A stretch of 64,000 nucleotides of DNA, taken from a virus. Positions 30,901-45,900 of the stretch are shown here, one piece after another. The notes under the pieces were generated by a model, which was given only the letters and a program-made list of their open reading frames with translations, made no database searches and was not told the origin of the DNA. Location: positions 18,462-82,461 of the IMG/VR virus record IMGVR_UViG_3300023109_000014; one strand, 5' to 3'. Every line of letters begins with the position of its first letter. Positions within the stretch are counted from its first letter, which is position 1. The position numbers and the translations under genes were made by a program.

Positions 30901-33900
30901 CGCTGGTGGAGATGTAGAGATTATGTCGAAAGCTTTAGAATCATTTTCTCAATCTGCTCTTAAGGTTTCTAAATTAGGAGAACTAACAGTTAAAACTCAA
31001 GCTGTTAACGAAAATAGAGAAGGTTTAATTTTTGGAATGGGGCCTTCTCAACTGCCTGAATGGATGGGTGGAGCTAAAGGAGATTTAAAAGAAGAGGGTT
31101 CAAATGAAATTAGGCAAATAGGTAGAGAATCTGTGACTAACTTAGCGCTTGCAGAAGATCAGGTTTCAGCATTTTCTTCTAAAATTTCAAAAATTGATTT
31201 TACAAAAATGTCTCCCGATGATATTAAGTCTACGATTAAAGAGTTTTCTAGAACTTTAGACGAAGAAACTAGAGTTTTGTTCGATCAGATTGTTGATAAT
31301 GTTCCTGATGATGCTGTTGTCGATTTTACCATGGGTATTGGCGAGCAATTAAAGCTAAGAAAATCTTCCATAGAGGCTGGCAAGGCTGTTGGAAAAACAT
31401 CTCAAGCTCTTGGTAATTTAAAAAGTACAATTGTAAATTTATCTACAGCTGTCAGCAGAAGTATATCAGAATTAAATTCTAATATTTCTAAAGCTTTTGA
31501 TATTGCTGAAAACCAATTAAATTCTGAATTGAGTATTATGACAGGGATGAATTATATTAGCCCTAAGGAAGCGAATGAAACTAAGGAACAGTTTGAGGTT
31601 ACAAGAATCGAAAGTGAAGCTGCTGCAGGCACTGAATTTGAGGTATCTAAATTCGTATCTCAATTAATTAAAGATACGAAACTTGACGATGTAGAGGGTA
31701 AGGATGCATCTATTTTTTCTGGAAAACTTGGAAATATTCTTTCAAAAATGGGAGAGCGAGCAAATCCATTGCAAGACGAAGATCCGAGGTTTATGGCAAA
31801 TGAAATAGTTTCTGCTATAAGTCAAATGGATCCAGCAGACCGAACTCAAGGCGAACAAGAATTATTAGATGCAGTCAAGCAGATTGGGGACAAGGCCGCT
31901 TCTCAAATTACTTTATTAAAACAGGCTAACGAATTGGCTTCTAGACAGCAAACAATGCAGAGCAGAATGAACCTGCAAAATGCTCAAATCGATATGGAGA
32001 GAGACGGCGATACGCTATCTCAATTTTCATGGTCTCAAGGCTTAGAACCTAGAACTCAGCTAGATAAAGATATGCAGACTCGCTCTAGTATGGATATGAT
32101 TGGTTTACTTGAGCCTTTATTTGGACCTAGTGAAGATCTGACTAAAATGAAGCAAGACGTAGGCGTTCAAAATGCAATTGGCAATGTACAAAGAATACTT
32201 CTTGGAATGGGTATTGAAAACGATGCTGGTTTTGATGCTGGCGCTAATGAAGATATTAGTATGCAAACAATGATTTCTGAAATGCAAAAAGTTTTAGCTC
32301 AAGGAGATTTAAATAAAGGGCAAGAAAAAATCGTAAACTACATGGTTGGCCAATTAAAAAAGCAGGAGGCCGCTATTTCTGCAACCCCGCAAAATACAGA
32401 AGATCTAAAGAGACAGACTGTTCAGTCTACATCTGATGTTCTCGGTGTTGATTTAAGCGAAGTTGGTATTGATTTAGAGTCTTTGGATTTTAGTTCCCTC
32501 AATGCTATTGCTGATCAACTCGCAGAAGATGGCGTTGAGATAAAATATTTATCAAGCATCGAAGAAAATACGAAAGTTATGGCTGCAAAATTAAATGATG
32601 CCCAAGGAATTACCAAGGAAGATATAATAAGCGCTATACAGAACATACAAATTAAAGATGCTGAAAAAGTAGAGAAAAGAAAGGAAGCTGTTAAGCAAAA
32701 AGAAGACACTCGTAGTAAAATACAAGATATTGCTATATCTGGCGCCGATGTGAAAGTTGAAGGGGGTGCAGATATAAATGTAGGCGGTAGCACTACTATT
32801 AACGCTAACCCTCAAAGTTCTCAACCTCCTCAACCGCAATTTAATCCATTTGTACCTAACTTTGCAAAAGATGAGTCCAGCAATAATAAACAATCTCCAA
32901 TGCGAGGTTTTGTGAAATCCCTTAAAAGAGATAACAATACTGAAAACAGGGGTTTTGAAAAGTTTGATGGAAAAACTTTTACTGGCGGTAAGGCATTGCA
33001 AGTGGCAAATTATTATCCTGGAGCTATCGACTCAATCTATAGAGAAGTTGACGTTTTGGAAAATAGAGGTGTGCAGAATGCTATTAGCAAAATACAGTTA
33101 ACTGTTCCATCTACATCTAACTCGACCACAAAATATCAAGGCCCAGTAGTTACAAATATGATGGACGAAGGAAGCGTTTCTGCCCAAAGCTATTTGAATA
33201 AAATTAACAACGTACATAATTTAAAACATTCTGATTCAAATTTTAGTATTGCTGGCGCAGTTCCTAATTTTGCATCCTCTTCTCAGTCTCGCGGTTCAGT
33301 TAATGCTTCTGTGAGAAATGTTAATGCTAAATCAATTGCAAATAATATTTCAAGAATAAATCAAAAAAGTGATTGGAAGATGGCAAGAGGGGAAGAGAGC
33401 GCTGGAAAAACTTATTCTTCTGGAGCTGCATTAAGGGTTGCGAATTATTACCCAGAAACAAAAGAAATGTTAGACCAGGAAATTTCAATTCTTAAAAGTA
33501 GGGGTATAGATAGCCCATTAAGCCAAGTTCAGTTAACTGTTCCAGACGAAAACACTACAACTTTTCAAAATAAGAATACATTAGATCCTACAATATCGAA
33601 TCGATTTGATGATGGTTCTGTATCAATATCAAATTATACAAAAAAAATTAGGAACGCTCACAAGGTAGGGTTGCTGACTCCCCAGAAACCAGCAAGCGTC
33701 GGAGAGCATGCTCGTGAAAGGGCAAAAAATTTAGTTAATAACGAACAAGCTTTAAGGAATCAGCTGCACGAAAACATTCTTAAGAAAAGAAAATCCGTTG
33801 TTCTCTCCGAGGAGTTAAAATCCAGAAATGAAAGTATAGATGAGCCTGAGGCAAAAAAAATAAATATTACTGAGAAAGAGGGTTTGAAGTATGAAGGAGG

Positions 33901-36900
33901 AACATTTTCTGCGGGAGCTGCTTTGAGGGTTGCAAAATATTATCCTGGAGCAACAGAATCTATATTTAGGGAAATTCGATCTTTGGAAGAAAAAGGCGTT
34001 TCAAGCCCTCTTGATCAAGTCCAGCTTACTATTCCAGAAAAAGGTTCGAAAGAATTTTCTTCTTATAACGGACCAGTGGTTACGAACAAAATTGATGAAG
34101 GAGGAGTAAGTTCTAAAAATTATCTTAATAAAATTAGAAGCGTTCATAAGGTAACTCCTAATGAAGGGCAATTTGCTTCTGTAGGAATGCCTAATATTGA
34201 TGCGAAAAGTCAATATACTAGAGGGGCAATAAATAGCTTTTCTCAATTCGATTATGTTCCTAATTTTAGCAAAACAGAGGGTCGAGCAAAGGGAATTATT
34301 CGTTCTGCTAGAGAGCTAAGTATTGCTATGGAAAAAATGAATGAGCTTCCTGAAAATATTACCCCTTCTCAAATTGCGGAATTTAATCAAAAGGGGTCTG
34401 CCGTATTAGAAAATATTAATAGCTTAGGCAACCCAAACCAGCAAACTCTCACAAAAACACAAAAAGCTCTTGTTTCAAAAATGCAGGATCCAGAAGTTGT
34501 TAAAACTTTTCAGTCCATTGGGATAGATAACTTTAATTCTGATCTTGCTCAATTTGTTAACCCTGACAGTCTTGGAGAACCTCCTCAACCAGCTAGATTT
34601 AACCCTTTAGTTATTCAAAGTGCCGAAACAGGGCGGGCGGTTGAAAGCGGCACAAAGGTACTTCCGAGAGATATTAAGAGCGGTAAGTTTAACGTTGCGC
34701 AAGTTATGCTTAATGATGAAAATTTAGATGAATTTATTGAACCTTCAGAATCTAAAAATATTCAAGCAGTCGTTCAGTCTTCTCAAGACAGCGGGCAAAA
34801 GTTTAACGAAAATAAGAAAAAGTTACAAGAAAAGCGGCCAAATTATGCTAGTGGTAAGGGTACTCGCTATACTGATGAACCTACCGCTCCAAAAGCTGGA
34901 ACACTAACTACCGCAAAGAAAGAAGGTTTTGTTGGTATAGAGTCTCACGGCCCTTCAAAAGCGCTCGCAACCCAAGTGAGAAACGAGGAAAACGCTTTAA
35001 AGAACACTACAAAAGAATTAGTTAAGGATGGTGAAGGAGGATTCATGAGAAATGCTTCCTCTTGGATTCGCAAAAAATTACAAACTATAAGGTTTCTTGA
35101 TGGCAGCTCCAACGAGCAGAAACAAGGGATGTCTATAGAAAAAGAAAATGCTGTATTAAAGCAAATAGAAGATGATGGAATTGTTCGATACCCATCAGAT
35201 GATAGCGCTTCCCCTTTAGAGAAATCGCCAGAATTTAAACAACAAATTTCTGAAGTTTTAGACAATCAAGATTTGTCTTCTCAGGAAAGGGGTACGTCCC
35301 AAATTGAACAGCAAACAGAAACTTGGAGAAAAAGAGAGCACTCTCTTACAGAAAAAATTCAGAGAGCTACAAAAGCAAGACAACTCAAAAGACAAAGAAG
35401 CAGGGCTCAAGAGCTAGGTTCTGCCGAACGACAAAGAAAAACAAATTTAGATGCCAAAAATAAAAGACAAGAAGCTAAAGAAAGAGAGAAGCGGAAGGTT
35501 CGAGAAATCCAAGAAAGGCAAATTGATGAAGGTTTAGGTCGACAGAAAATTGGCACCAATTCAGAAACTGGAAAAAGTATTTATCATTACGATAACCCTC
35601 AACTTAGAGAATTAAGCTCTTGGGATAAGTTGAAGCATCACATGCTAAAATTTGTTGGGTTAGACGAGGGTTCGTATTACGAAGAGGTTGAACGTCAAAA
35701 TAAGATCGTAAGAAACAAACAAATGCAGGATATTGCTACTGGCGGAATTAATACTCAGCAATCTAAGTCTATGTCAACTCTTGAGAAGCTTAAATTAATG
35801 TCTGAACGCGATGTTCTAATTGAGTCTAGCGAGTTTGCAAAAGAAACAGACGGACAAAAAATATTAAGAGGAACTCCAGGCGAGCGAAGAAAATCTTCTT
35901 TGTTTGACATTCAACAAAAAGCAGGGGTCGGCGGAAAGCCTGCGGTTATTAATCTTGCGGGAGATATTTCTAGCCAAACGAATATCGCTGGCAGTTCATC
36001 TAAGTCTAGTAGTTTGACTCAATTATCTCAATCTAGAGCTGCCGAAGCTCAGCCCACGTTAATGGATAAGATAAGGAACGTTAAAAAACAACTGTCTGAA
36101 AAATTTGGAAAAGTAACATTAAGTCCAACAAGCTCGGCCTCTGTTCTGCAAGAGTATGATATTCTTGATTCTAGTGGAAGGGTCGTAGCTAAAATGGGTT
36201 CCAATGGTGAGGTGCTACCTTTTGAAGTTGATAATTCACCTGTTATATATAACGCTCAGGGTCAAAAAATAGGAGCGGATAAAGTAATTCAAGTTCAGGA
36301 GAAACAGTTTGCGTTGCAAAGCTCTCCCATGAATGATGGCCAGTTATCTACAAGCGTTAATCAATCTGACGTGTTAGAACAAAAAGCTTTATTTGATATT
36401 GGTGAAAAAATTAAAAGCGGAGCGCCTATTTCTTCAGCGGAAACTAATTTAGTTCAAAATTGGGCAAATAAAAATTCAGAACTTGTCGGCTCGATTAATG
36501 CAGACGATGTAGATAACGCTCTTTTGTTAGAAAATAACGTTGTCGATAATAAGCAAATTAGAATTGGTAGGATGGGCGAGGAACTTTCAAATTTAACATC
36601 TGTTACGAATGCAGCAAATGCAGAAGCTCAGGTAGAGTCTTTAATTAAAGACCCTCAGTTCGTTGATAGCGCAACTAGGACAATGCCTGGAGATAACTTG
36701 CATTTGCAAAGAGTTTTTGATTCTATAGATGATAAAAATAGGAAAACGAAAAGTACCCCAATCAAAACAGAGACTGCGTTGGATAGGGTTAAGAGCAATG
36801 CTAATATAAATCAAAGAGCAAATGCTTTAAGCAAAGAAATGGTATCTAGAGATATAAGAAAAAATTCATCCCTAGAACTTCAGAAAAGATTAAGACTAAA

Positions 36901-39900
36901 CAAAGGTTTTGATACAACCGAATTAAATACAAAGTTTTCCAACGAAAAATCCAGGCTTGAGGAGTTATTGAAAAATCCAAGTATTCCTTCTGATAAGAAA
37001 GTTGGCCTAAACGAAGATTTAAAAATATTGACAAGAAATCGGAATGAGCATTTAAATACTCTTAGACCTGGTTTTATGGAGAGAAAGGAAATATTAATAA
37101 ACGAACAGTTTAAAAATATTATGAGAGACACTGGTTTAATGTCGTTGACTGGAGGTGGCGCAGACGGAGTTTCTTCTAACGATCCAGTTAATCAGTTTAT
37201 GAAAGATAAGCTTGGGCCGAAAGTTTGGAACATGGATGGAAATTTTGTTAAAACTAAACAGCATTTGGCCAGCGCAATTTTTGGCGAAGAGCATAAATTT
37301 AATAAAGAGTTGACTGAGTCATTAGTTGATAGGCAGTTAAGATCGACAATATTAAATACAAAAAGTGAAACTTTTGGGTTGAGTGATCATATGCGTTCTA
37401 ACCTTATAGACATGGATAAATTTGTAGGTATGGGTTTAGGCGATGAATTTTTGAACAGTGCAAAAAAACAAGGATTACATCAATCAGATATAGGCGTTTC
37501 TAAAATGGTGGACTTTATGGATCTTATGGATCCTGCTGGCAATAAAATTGACGGAGAGGGTAAACAAAAATTAAAAAAACAAGGCATTCAAAAGATATTT
37601 CAAAAAATCCAGAACGGAGAATTATTTTCTCAAACTGCGATTAGAGGAAGAACAGTTCCTATAATACCTAAAGATGCAGAAACTGTCTTAAAGAACCTTT
37701 CTGGAGAAAGTACATCCGCACAAATAAACGCTGCGAGATTAATTGAAAATGAACAGAAGATATCTTCTTTAGCTGCAGAAAAAGGAAGTGGCGTAATTAG
37801 CCAGTCAAATTTAAAAATCGCTGCAAGTGAATTAGAGGCGGGAGATATTAACGAAAATGGTATAGACTTTGACAAAGTTAGGATGAGCTCTGAAGAAATT
37901 TCAAACGTTCAATCTATGATGGATTCTATTGACGCAGACCCCGATCAAAAAACAGATCAAAGAGTTTCTCAATTGTCTGAAGCTCTTGATCCACAATCAA
38001 GCAACGAATCTGTGCGAAGTTTATCTCAATTAAAATCTCTTGAATTAGAGGCTGACAGAGCTGCAGAAAAAGCAGAATTTAAAAAGTTATTAAGTTTGGG
38101 TAGCGGGGCTACTCCTGAAGATGTAGGTAGAATGTCTGACCTGCTTCAGTTACATGACCAAAAAATAGAATTAGGTAGATCTTCTAATTTTGATTTAGAA
38201 GACGTAAATCAAGCGAGAACAACTATTAAAAATACCGCCAAGGAAAAAGTTGCAACAGCTAGCTCCACTATTGGTAAAGAACTTTCTCAAAAGAGTGAGC
38301 CTGGACAAGCACAAAAAAGAGCTATAGAGGAATTAGAAAAAATTGATCAAGCTGATCCTGTTGAGCAGGCTGAAGCTATACGTTCAACAAATCAAGAGGC
38401 AGAGGCAAAGGTTCGGTCAGCGAGTTTGGATCAGGGAGAAGATATAGTTCAACAAACAGTTGATCAGGTCGAAGATGTTGATGAAACATGGAAGGAAACT
38501 AAGGAGTCTCACATGTCTGATCCAGATAGAGCTGCTTCTGCTGGAAGACTGGAAGAATTGGGTGAAAAGTATCGAGCAATAATCCAATCCGCTACAGATA
38601 GTAAAGCATGGAGAACGACAAGGTCATTAACTAAAAATGTTCTAGGTGCTGGAATGGGACTTGTTCATCTTCCAGGAAAAGCTAAAGATTTAACAACTGA
38701 AGCTTATGGAAGCGTTAAGGAAAGAATTGATGCATTTAAAAAGGCTCAGGCAGAGAAATTTAATAAAAGAAAAGCAGAACAAATAAAGCATCCAGACGGA
38801 AAATCTTCAGGAAATTTTGAACAGCAAGAGAAAAGCAGAGTAATTGACGCTAAACTAGCTCAGCTGCCAAACACGAAAACAAGCAGAGGGGATTCAAGCT
38901 TGGACGATAGCCTTCAGAAAACAAAAAGATTTCATATTGATGGAGAAAATATGACACCCTTTGAGCAAGATCTTCATGATAGAATGACTGGCAAAGTTAG
39001 AGTCAAGGATTCTGCAGGCAAAACAGTAGAAACTTTTTACGATAAAAAAATTGCATCAGTGATTACAAACTCAGATGTTGGTAGAATTTCCAGGGTTGAG
39101 GATTCTATTACTGGTAGCTCTTATACTAATCGAGGTTTAAAGTTGAGAAATCTTCTTCCTGGAACTGCAAGTAGAAACATTGAGGGTCGATCTTTTATTC
39201 CTCCAGCTTTGCAGGAGATCGCATCGCTAGGTGGTCTTGATGGTCAAGGTAGCAAATTAAAGCTTGATAAAGAAGGCCTTGCTCAAAGAGCTAAAAATAT
39301 TGGCTCAGAAATATTTACTGGAAAACTTAGCTCTCCCGTTCAGAGCCTTTTTTCTACTAAAGAATTTCAGACTCAACTTGCGGAAACTAAATCTAGCGGA
39401 GCTCATGTAGCAATTCCTGAAGAATTTTCAAAAACCGTAAAATACGGAAAAAAGGGAGAAGCTAGTGTTTTAGATATAGATGGTGCTGCAGATGAACTTA
39501 TAAAAGAAACAAGATTGATTGATCATGTTGGAGATGATGGCAAGCTAACTAGTTTTTCTTCAGATGAATTTCAAGCTTTCAGGGAATCAGAATTTCAAAA
39601 AATAGAACAAAGATTTGCGGGCGTTGATAATCCTGCAGATCCAGTTCAGAACGAACAAAGAATAACTCAAATTAACGAACAAAAAGAAATGTTCGATAAT
39701 AAAATTCTTGCCAATAATGCAGTTGATGAATCTGGCCAAGTTGTTGGTAGAAACACATTAACCTCAGAAGCCGCTCGAAAAAGAATTGCAAACATCCAAA
39801 AAATGTCGGTATCTGATGGTATGATTAGAAAGCAAAAGGCTATTAGTGATGCAGCCAATTTTGGTGGAGGGTCTGCCCGAGGAATGACTGTATCGAGCTT

Positions 39901-42900
39901 GATTAATATAGGAGCAATTGGTTTGGCTCAAACCGAAACTGGAATGTCTACTATTGATTCTCTCGCAGGGTCGTTTGATTTTAGCAGAAAAGATAAATTT
40001 GGCGTAAGGCTAGCTGGCGGCGAACTTGCGACTTCTTCTGGGGTAAGTGTTAAAAGTCAGCAACACTTACTTAACGAAGAAAAAATGAGTCAATTAAAAT
40101 CTATGGCCGAGAGCAAGCGAGATGGAGATCGAGCTGCTACGGAAAAATATAGAACACAAGGCAAAGACTTTTTAGAATCTACTGGCCTTGCAGAAGCTGG
40201 TTCCGCTAAACCAATTCTTTTTGACACAAAAGAAGAGGCAGAACAATGGTCTAAGACTATGACAGACAAACATGGTACTCAATTCGCTGGCACTCAAAAT
40301 TTATCAGCCTCCAAAGACGGACAGAAAATATTGAGAGAAATGGGGGTAAGTTTTTCTCAAGAAGAATTAATTGCTGGTCAGTCGGGCGCAACTGTAGTTG
40401 GCGCTACAGGAGGTTTACTTGCTGAAAGTGGCGCAATGGCTCTAAAGGCTAGAATAGGAATTAATGGAACAAGAATGACTACGGGAGCAGCTTTACGAAT
40501 AGGCGCTACACAGGCTTTCTTGCCTGGTTTAGCTATTGAGGCTGGTATTGCTACAGGAGAACATTTTAGAGATAGTCATTCTGGCCACCTGTTTAGTGTT
40601 GCGGGAATTGATGTCGATGAGGGCGAAGCTTTAGGTCTAGCTGGTTATATGGCAGGAGGCGCTGTTGCAGGAACTTTCTTGGGGGGCCCTATGGGTGCTG
40701 TGGTCGGTGGCCTTGCTGGAGCAGGGGCGTATGGGGCAAGAGTCGCAATTGGTGAGCATGTAAATTTTGACCCAGATGAAATAAATTCTGGAACGTTTAG
40801 AATGAGTCCCGATGAGCTTAAGGCTAGACAACAAGAAATTATAGAACTTGCAAGAAGTAAATCCAACGAAATTAGGAAAATTATGGATACTGCTGCAATG
40901 TCTAATTATACCTCTCGCAATAAAAAAATTAAAAGCGATTTTGTTTCAGAGGAGGGGTTTGAGACGTTTTATGAGAGATCTGAAATGCAAAAACAACAAA
41001 GACTATTGACTGAAAAAGCTTCAATAATAAGAGAGAGTTTTTTACTCGCAGAGAAAATGGACGCAAAAATATTAGCGAACAGAGAATTAAAGCAGAAAGG
41101 GGAGGTTAATGATAATTGGTTTGCTGAAGACGATCCAGTATTTAAGCAGAATTATACTGCTGACGCTATTTCTAAAATTTTAAGTGATACAACCTCTCTT
41201 TATGACCCTAATATGTTTACAGATATTAAGACTATGAGAAAGATGGCTAAAGAAGGAAAAACTCAAAATGAAATTCATGCAGAGATGCAGTCTGCAGATT
41301 TTAAGTTTGAAAGAATAAATCCAGACACTGGACAGATGGAAACTATTATGCCTAACACAGAAGAAGCTTTAGCGCAGAGAGGTATTAAGTCTCAGAAGTA
41401 TTTAAGTGGCTTAGGTAGAATAAATGACTTCAATGCCAAACAAGGCTTAATGAGATCTAGTACTGATTTTGCCTCTGCAAGTTCTGTAGAGGAAGCTATA
41501 GAAATTGGTTCTATGTCTCAAGGCCAGTTTGAGGAAGAAAAGCTTCGCTGGAATCCCAAGTCTGAAGGAAAATTTGCAAAGCTAAAAGACAGAAGACATA
41601 AATTATTTTATTCAGAAGGTAAAAAAATTACCAATCATGATCAGTGGTTAGAAGCTATTCAAAGAGGGCAATTGGATTACGGTCGAATTAACTATCCGAT
41701 GGAAATGGCTCAAGTAATGGGAGTACCTACAATGGAGGGGGAGAGAGTCGTGAAGAATGCTGATATCACTTCTGATGTCAAAAATGCATTTAATTATTTT
41801 CAAGATAAGGGTACTTTGTATAGAAAACCTATTCAGGCTACAGATAGAATTATAGAATCTATGGGAATGAAGAGTAAGGGTTCAGATGATCAGGGAGAGT
41901 CTAAAATTGATGAATGGATGTTAGGAAAGCAAGATGATGGATGGAATGTTCAGTATCATCCTGAATCAAAATCTGTTATGATGCAGCACGAAAAGCACGG
42001 CCTCATTTCTTTTCCAAGAGGAGCTGATCCTAGTGATCCTAGAAGTCTTGAAAGCTTGTATGAGAAATATATGTTTGATATTACAAAGAGTAAGTATGAG
42101 GATGGAATTATTCATAATAATAAGAGTGGGTATGACCCTGCTAATACTGCTGGAATGTCAGATTCTGACCCGCTTAGGGATATTAACTCTTCTGATCAAG
42201 TGGGTTTTTCAAAAAGTAAATTTAAAACATTTGAAGAATTTGATAAAACTATTCCCGAAGAACAGAGAGTTATGCTTTCTGCGATGTCCGCTTTGTTTAA
42301 AAGAGGCGAAGGCTTAAATGATGTTCGAAAAAATAGAGTAAGTACTGGCAATAAAGTTGACGAGTACGCTCAAGCTTTTGAGGATTTGAAAAATGATCAC
42401 AGTATGTATGGAGAATTCCAGAAAGCAATCACAGAAAGAAATATTGGAATAAACACTTCTAAAACAATGATTGGGCAAGCTGGTTTTGATATGCAAAAAG
42501 GTTTGGGTAATACAAGTCAGTTGGAAAATATTAATTCAGAACTTGGTATTAAAGATAAAGCTTATAATTTTAACCTTGGAAACTTAAGCGAAGAAGATCT
42601 TCAATCTTATACAAGTAGGTTTAGCGGAGCTATTGCAAAAAAACAACAAGATTATCAAGTAGTAAAAGAAAAGGTTTCAAGCAGGCAGGCAGAAATATCT
42701 CTCATAAATAAAAAAATAAATAGCGGAGTTAATCAAGACGAGAAAAATAAACTTATAACAAAAAGAACAAAAATTGAAGAAGCTCTAAAACAAACAAAAA
42801 TTAAAAAAGGCAACTTAGAATCTTTTATTACTGCTCCAGAAAAAATTAAACAAGCTAACCAATTAAAGAGAGGTTCTCAATTTAAGTTTCAAGAGAGTAT

Positions 42901-45900
42901 AAATAGGTTATCTAAGAAATTTAATATTGATGAGGGCGCTTCTCTGGGAAGTAAGGTCGCAAGATTGCAGGGTCACTTTGATCGCAATCCTGCACTCCAA
43001 TCAAAAAGTAGTTGGATGGATAGAGAAAAAGCTATTCAAATGAACGTTCTTAAGAACAGAAGACTCGCTAAACAAAAAAGAGATGGCAAGAAACTTTTAA
43101 CAGATCAAGATTTAACGGATGCAAATGGTAACTCTGTAGATAGCCTTGTCGCTCAAAGAGCAAAACGTTTAAAAGAGGGTGGAGCTAAAATGTTAGATAG
43201 TAATCTTTTTGCGTCAGATGTTGGTCGACAAAAACAATTAAAGCAAAATGTTGATGATTGGGCAAATAAAAGAGGCGATTACCACTTAGGCACAGTTGGT
43301 AATGTGAGTTATAGCCCAGAAACACTAAATTTGGAGAAAAAGATGAAGCTTTCTCAAAAACAGAAAGGTATGGTTATCGCTGATTTTGATAAAGAAAATA
43401 TTCATGGAGAAAGAAGAGAAACTGCAATCAAATTGTATGACAAAGAAATTCAAGATTACATGGTTAAATTTGAGGAAAGTAAAGCGAAAGATGTTCTTAA
43501 TTATAAATTAATTAATCCAACTGTAACGAAAAGCGCTGTAGAAGATCAGAAAAAATTCCAAGACCTCCAAAGCAAACATAGTCACTGGGATGAAGTTATA
43601 TCTAGCAACGAGTCTACAGATGATTTCGAATCTCTATATAAACAAAAACAGGAAGCTTTTCAAGATTGGGATTTGGTTCGAGGCTTACCTAATATGATGA
43701 AGCATACCGCTACCATGCAGGCTGCTGGAAGGAAGCAAGCTGGATTTTTCTTAGAGCCAGATGTAGCTGTTGGAGCAATTCCTTACAAAGAGATTAAAAG
43801 CGAAAAAGCTTCCTTAAATAAACATTTAAGTACTGCAGGGCTATCGATGGATTGGTGGCGACAAAAAGATGTTGGCTCCAGACCCGCAGAATTTAATAAA
43901 TTATTAATGCGTAACGCTAGAACTCAATCTAAACTTGTTGGAAAAGATCAAATTTCAGAAGTTGGAGGGGCTAGAATTTCTGGAAATTTAGGTCAAGGCG
44001 TTATAGATGGAGATAGGGCAAAACAAGACTTTACTAATATAGTCGATCCTGATGGAAACCTTGCTCGTTCTGGGCATGATAGGGCTAAGGGAGCCCTCAT
44101 GAAAGTAATCAAGAATGACTGGGACTTATTTGACCTCAATAAAGATGGAAAGTTAACTTCTGAAGAAATATCAATTATGGGTGGAACGTTTGATCCTACT
44201 AAGTTTACTTCTTCCGCTATTACTGGAAAGAATAATGATCCCTATAGCGAGCTGCAAAGAAATATGTTTGGCGCTAGAGCGGGCACAATTACGCCTGAAG
44301 TTTTTCAAGATTTACTTTCTTTTGATAAGGCAGTTAGCGGGGGAAATGAAGACGGCGTACTCGATCGAAATGAAATTTTTGCAAACGATCCAGAGAAGGG
44401 TAATGAAATTATACAAACTAGAGTCAAAGACTTTTTGACAAAAAAATATGTCAAGGAAGTTTCACCTTATGGAGAAACTTTAAAGCACGGGCTTGAGTCA
44501 TATTTCACTGGTTCGGACGAAGGCGGACTTTCCTCAATTAATACGTGGAAAGAATTATCTAATCTTGAGAAATCTAATTTGCCAGAAAATATTAGAGAAG
44601 AGTATTCTTCTGCCAAGACAGAAGCGGAAGCTTTGATTACTTCCGTTCCTTACCATAAAACAATTATTAATAAAGGTTCAAAATTAGAAGAAGACTCTCA
44701 ATCGAAGTTTGGGAAATTGTTTGACATGAAAGAAAGGATAAAGCTTTCTCCTTCAGAAATTGAAGCGGGTGGACAGCTAAACCTTCAGTTAAAAAGTATG
44801 AAGGGAAAAGAGGCTACTCCCGCTTACAAACAAAAGAAAGCTCAGTTTGATTCCTTAATGCAAAGAAAGCAAGATTATAAAAATATAGAAAAAGAACTTA
44901 ATTCATCTTTTACAGAAGATGGAATGATTAAGGGTCGACCATTTAGCTTGCCTCATTTTTTAACTAAAAAAGGTTTGCTTAATTCTGGAGATATTAAACA
45001 AAATCCAAACTGGGCTCCTGCTAGCATAGATGACAATTGGAAAAATTATGATGAAAAATATTTTGGAAATGTTCAGGGTGTTGCCAGACAGATAGATGCT
45101 GTGCAGGCAGCTACCGTAGATTCAAATATTGGTGTATCTGTCGGTGGTGGCGTTGCCGATGCAGAGGAAAATAAATTCTTTAATGAAACCATAAGAAAGG
45201 CGAAGGAAGAAAAAGTTACCAAAGAAAGAGAAAAGTTTCTTAAAGAAAATACCAACGAAAGAGCAAGAAAAATATTTGAACAAGAAATGATTGGAGCAGA
45301 CCCTTCTTCTAGAAACTTGTTTGATCCTTCTGCGAATATTAAGCTTCAGGCGCAAGGTTTTAGAAGTGGAGAAAAGCAGGCGCAGGAAAAGCGTGACGAA
45401 GGCTTAAAACGTATGGTTGATAATGCAAAACAAAGAAATGCGCAGCGTCAAGCTTTTACAGATGTTAGAGATCCGTTGCAGTTTATACAAAATTACAGCA
45501 GCGATTACAACGAAAGAAAAGGTCAGCTCTGGAGAAATGTTGATAGCGCAAAAGAAAACTACGAAGCAAGAACTCGTGATAACGCTCCAGTTGGAACTCG
45601 AGAGGCTGCATTTATTTCTTACCAAGAAGCTTTAAAGAAAGAGCTTGAGCATCGCAAGATAGTAGAGCCAAATTCAACATTAAGTGATGTGGTTAAGAGA
45701 AGTAATTATTCTGACATTTTAAATACAGACTGGTCTTTAGGGGGAGGATACCAACAATTCTTTGATCGTTATCACGAAGAAAAAATTATGATGAAGTCTC
45801 CAGAAGGGGTTGATGTTCCTGTTCAATCTAAAGAAGAAGCTGGTCGTCATTTGTTTAAATTGAGGCAGCAAGAAATCGTTGGGCCAATGAAGCAAAGAGG

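Larger units (their letters stand above)
20627..34267 (+). repeat. Dispersed peptide motif (S/A)-x-G-x-[VI]-P-N-F, about 26 copies here plus one at 46523
   Basis: Core 4-mer starts at 20627, 20909, 21596, 22325, 22559, 22625, 22904, 22979, 23528, 23570, 25097, 25796, 26432, 26465, 26759, 27041, 27389, 27764, 28427, 29351, 29393, 30056, 30341, 32852, 33260, 34256. Confidence 0.9.
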
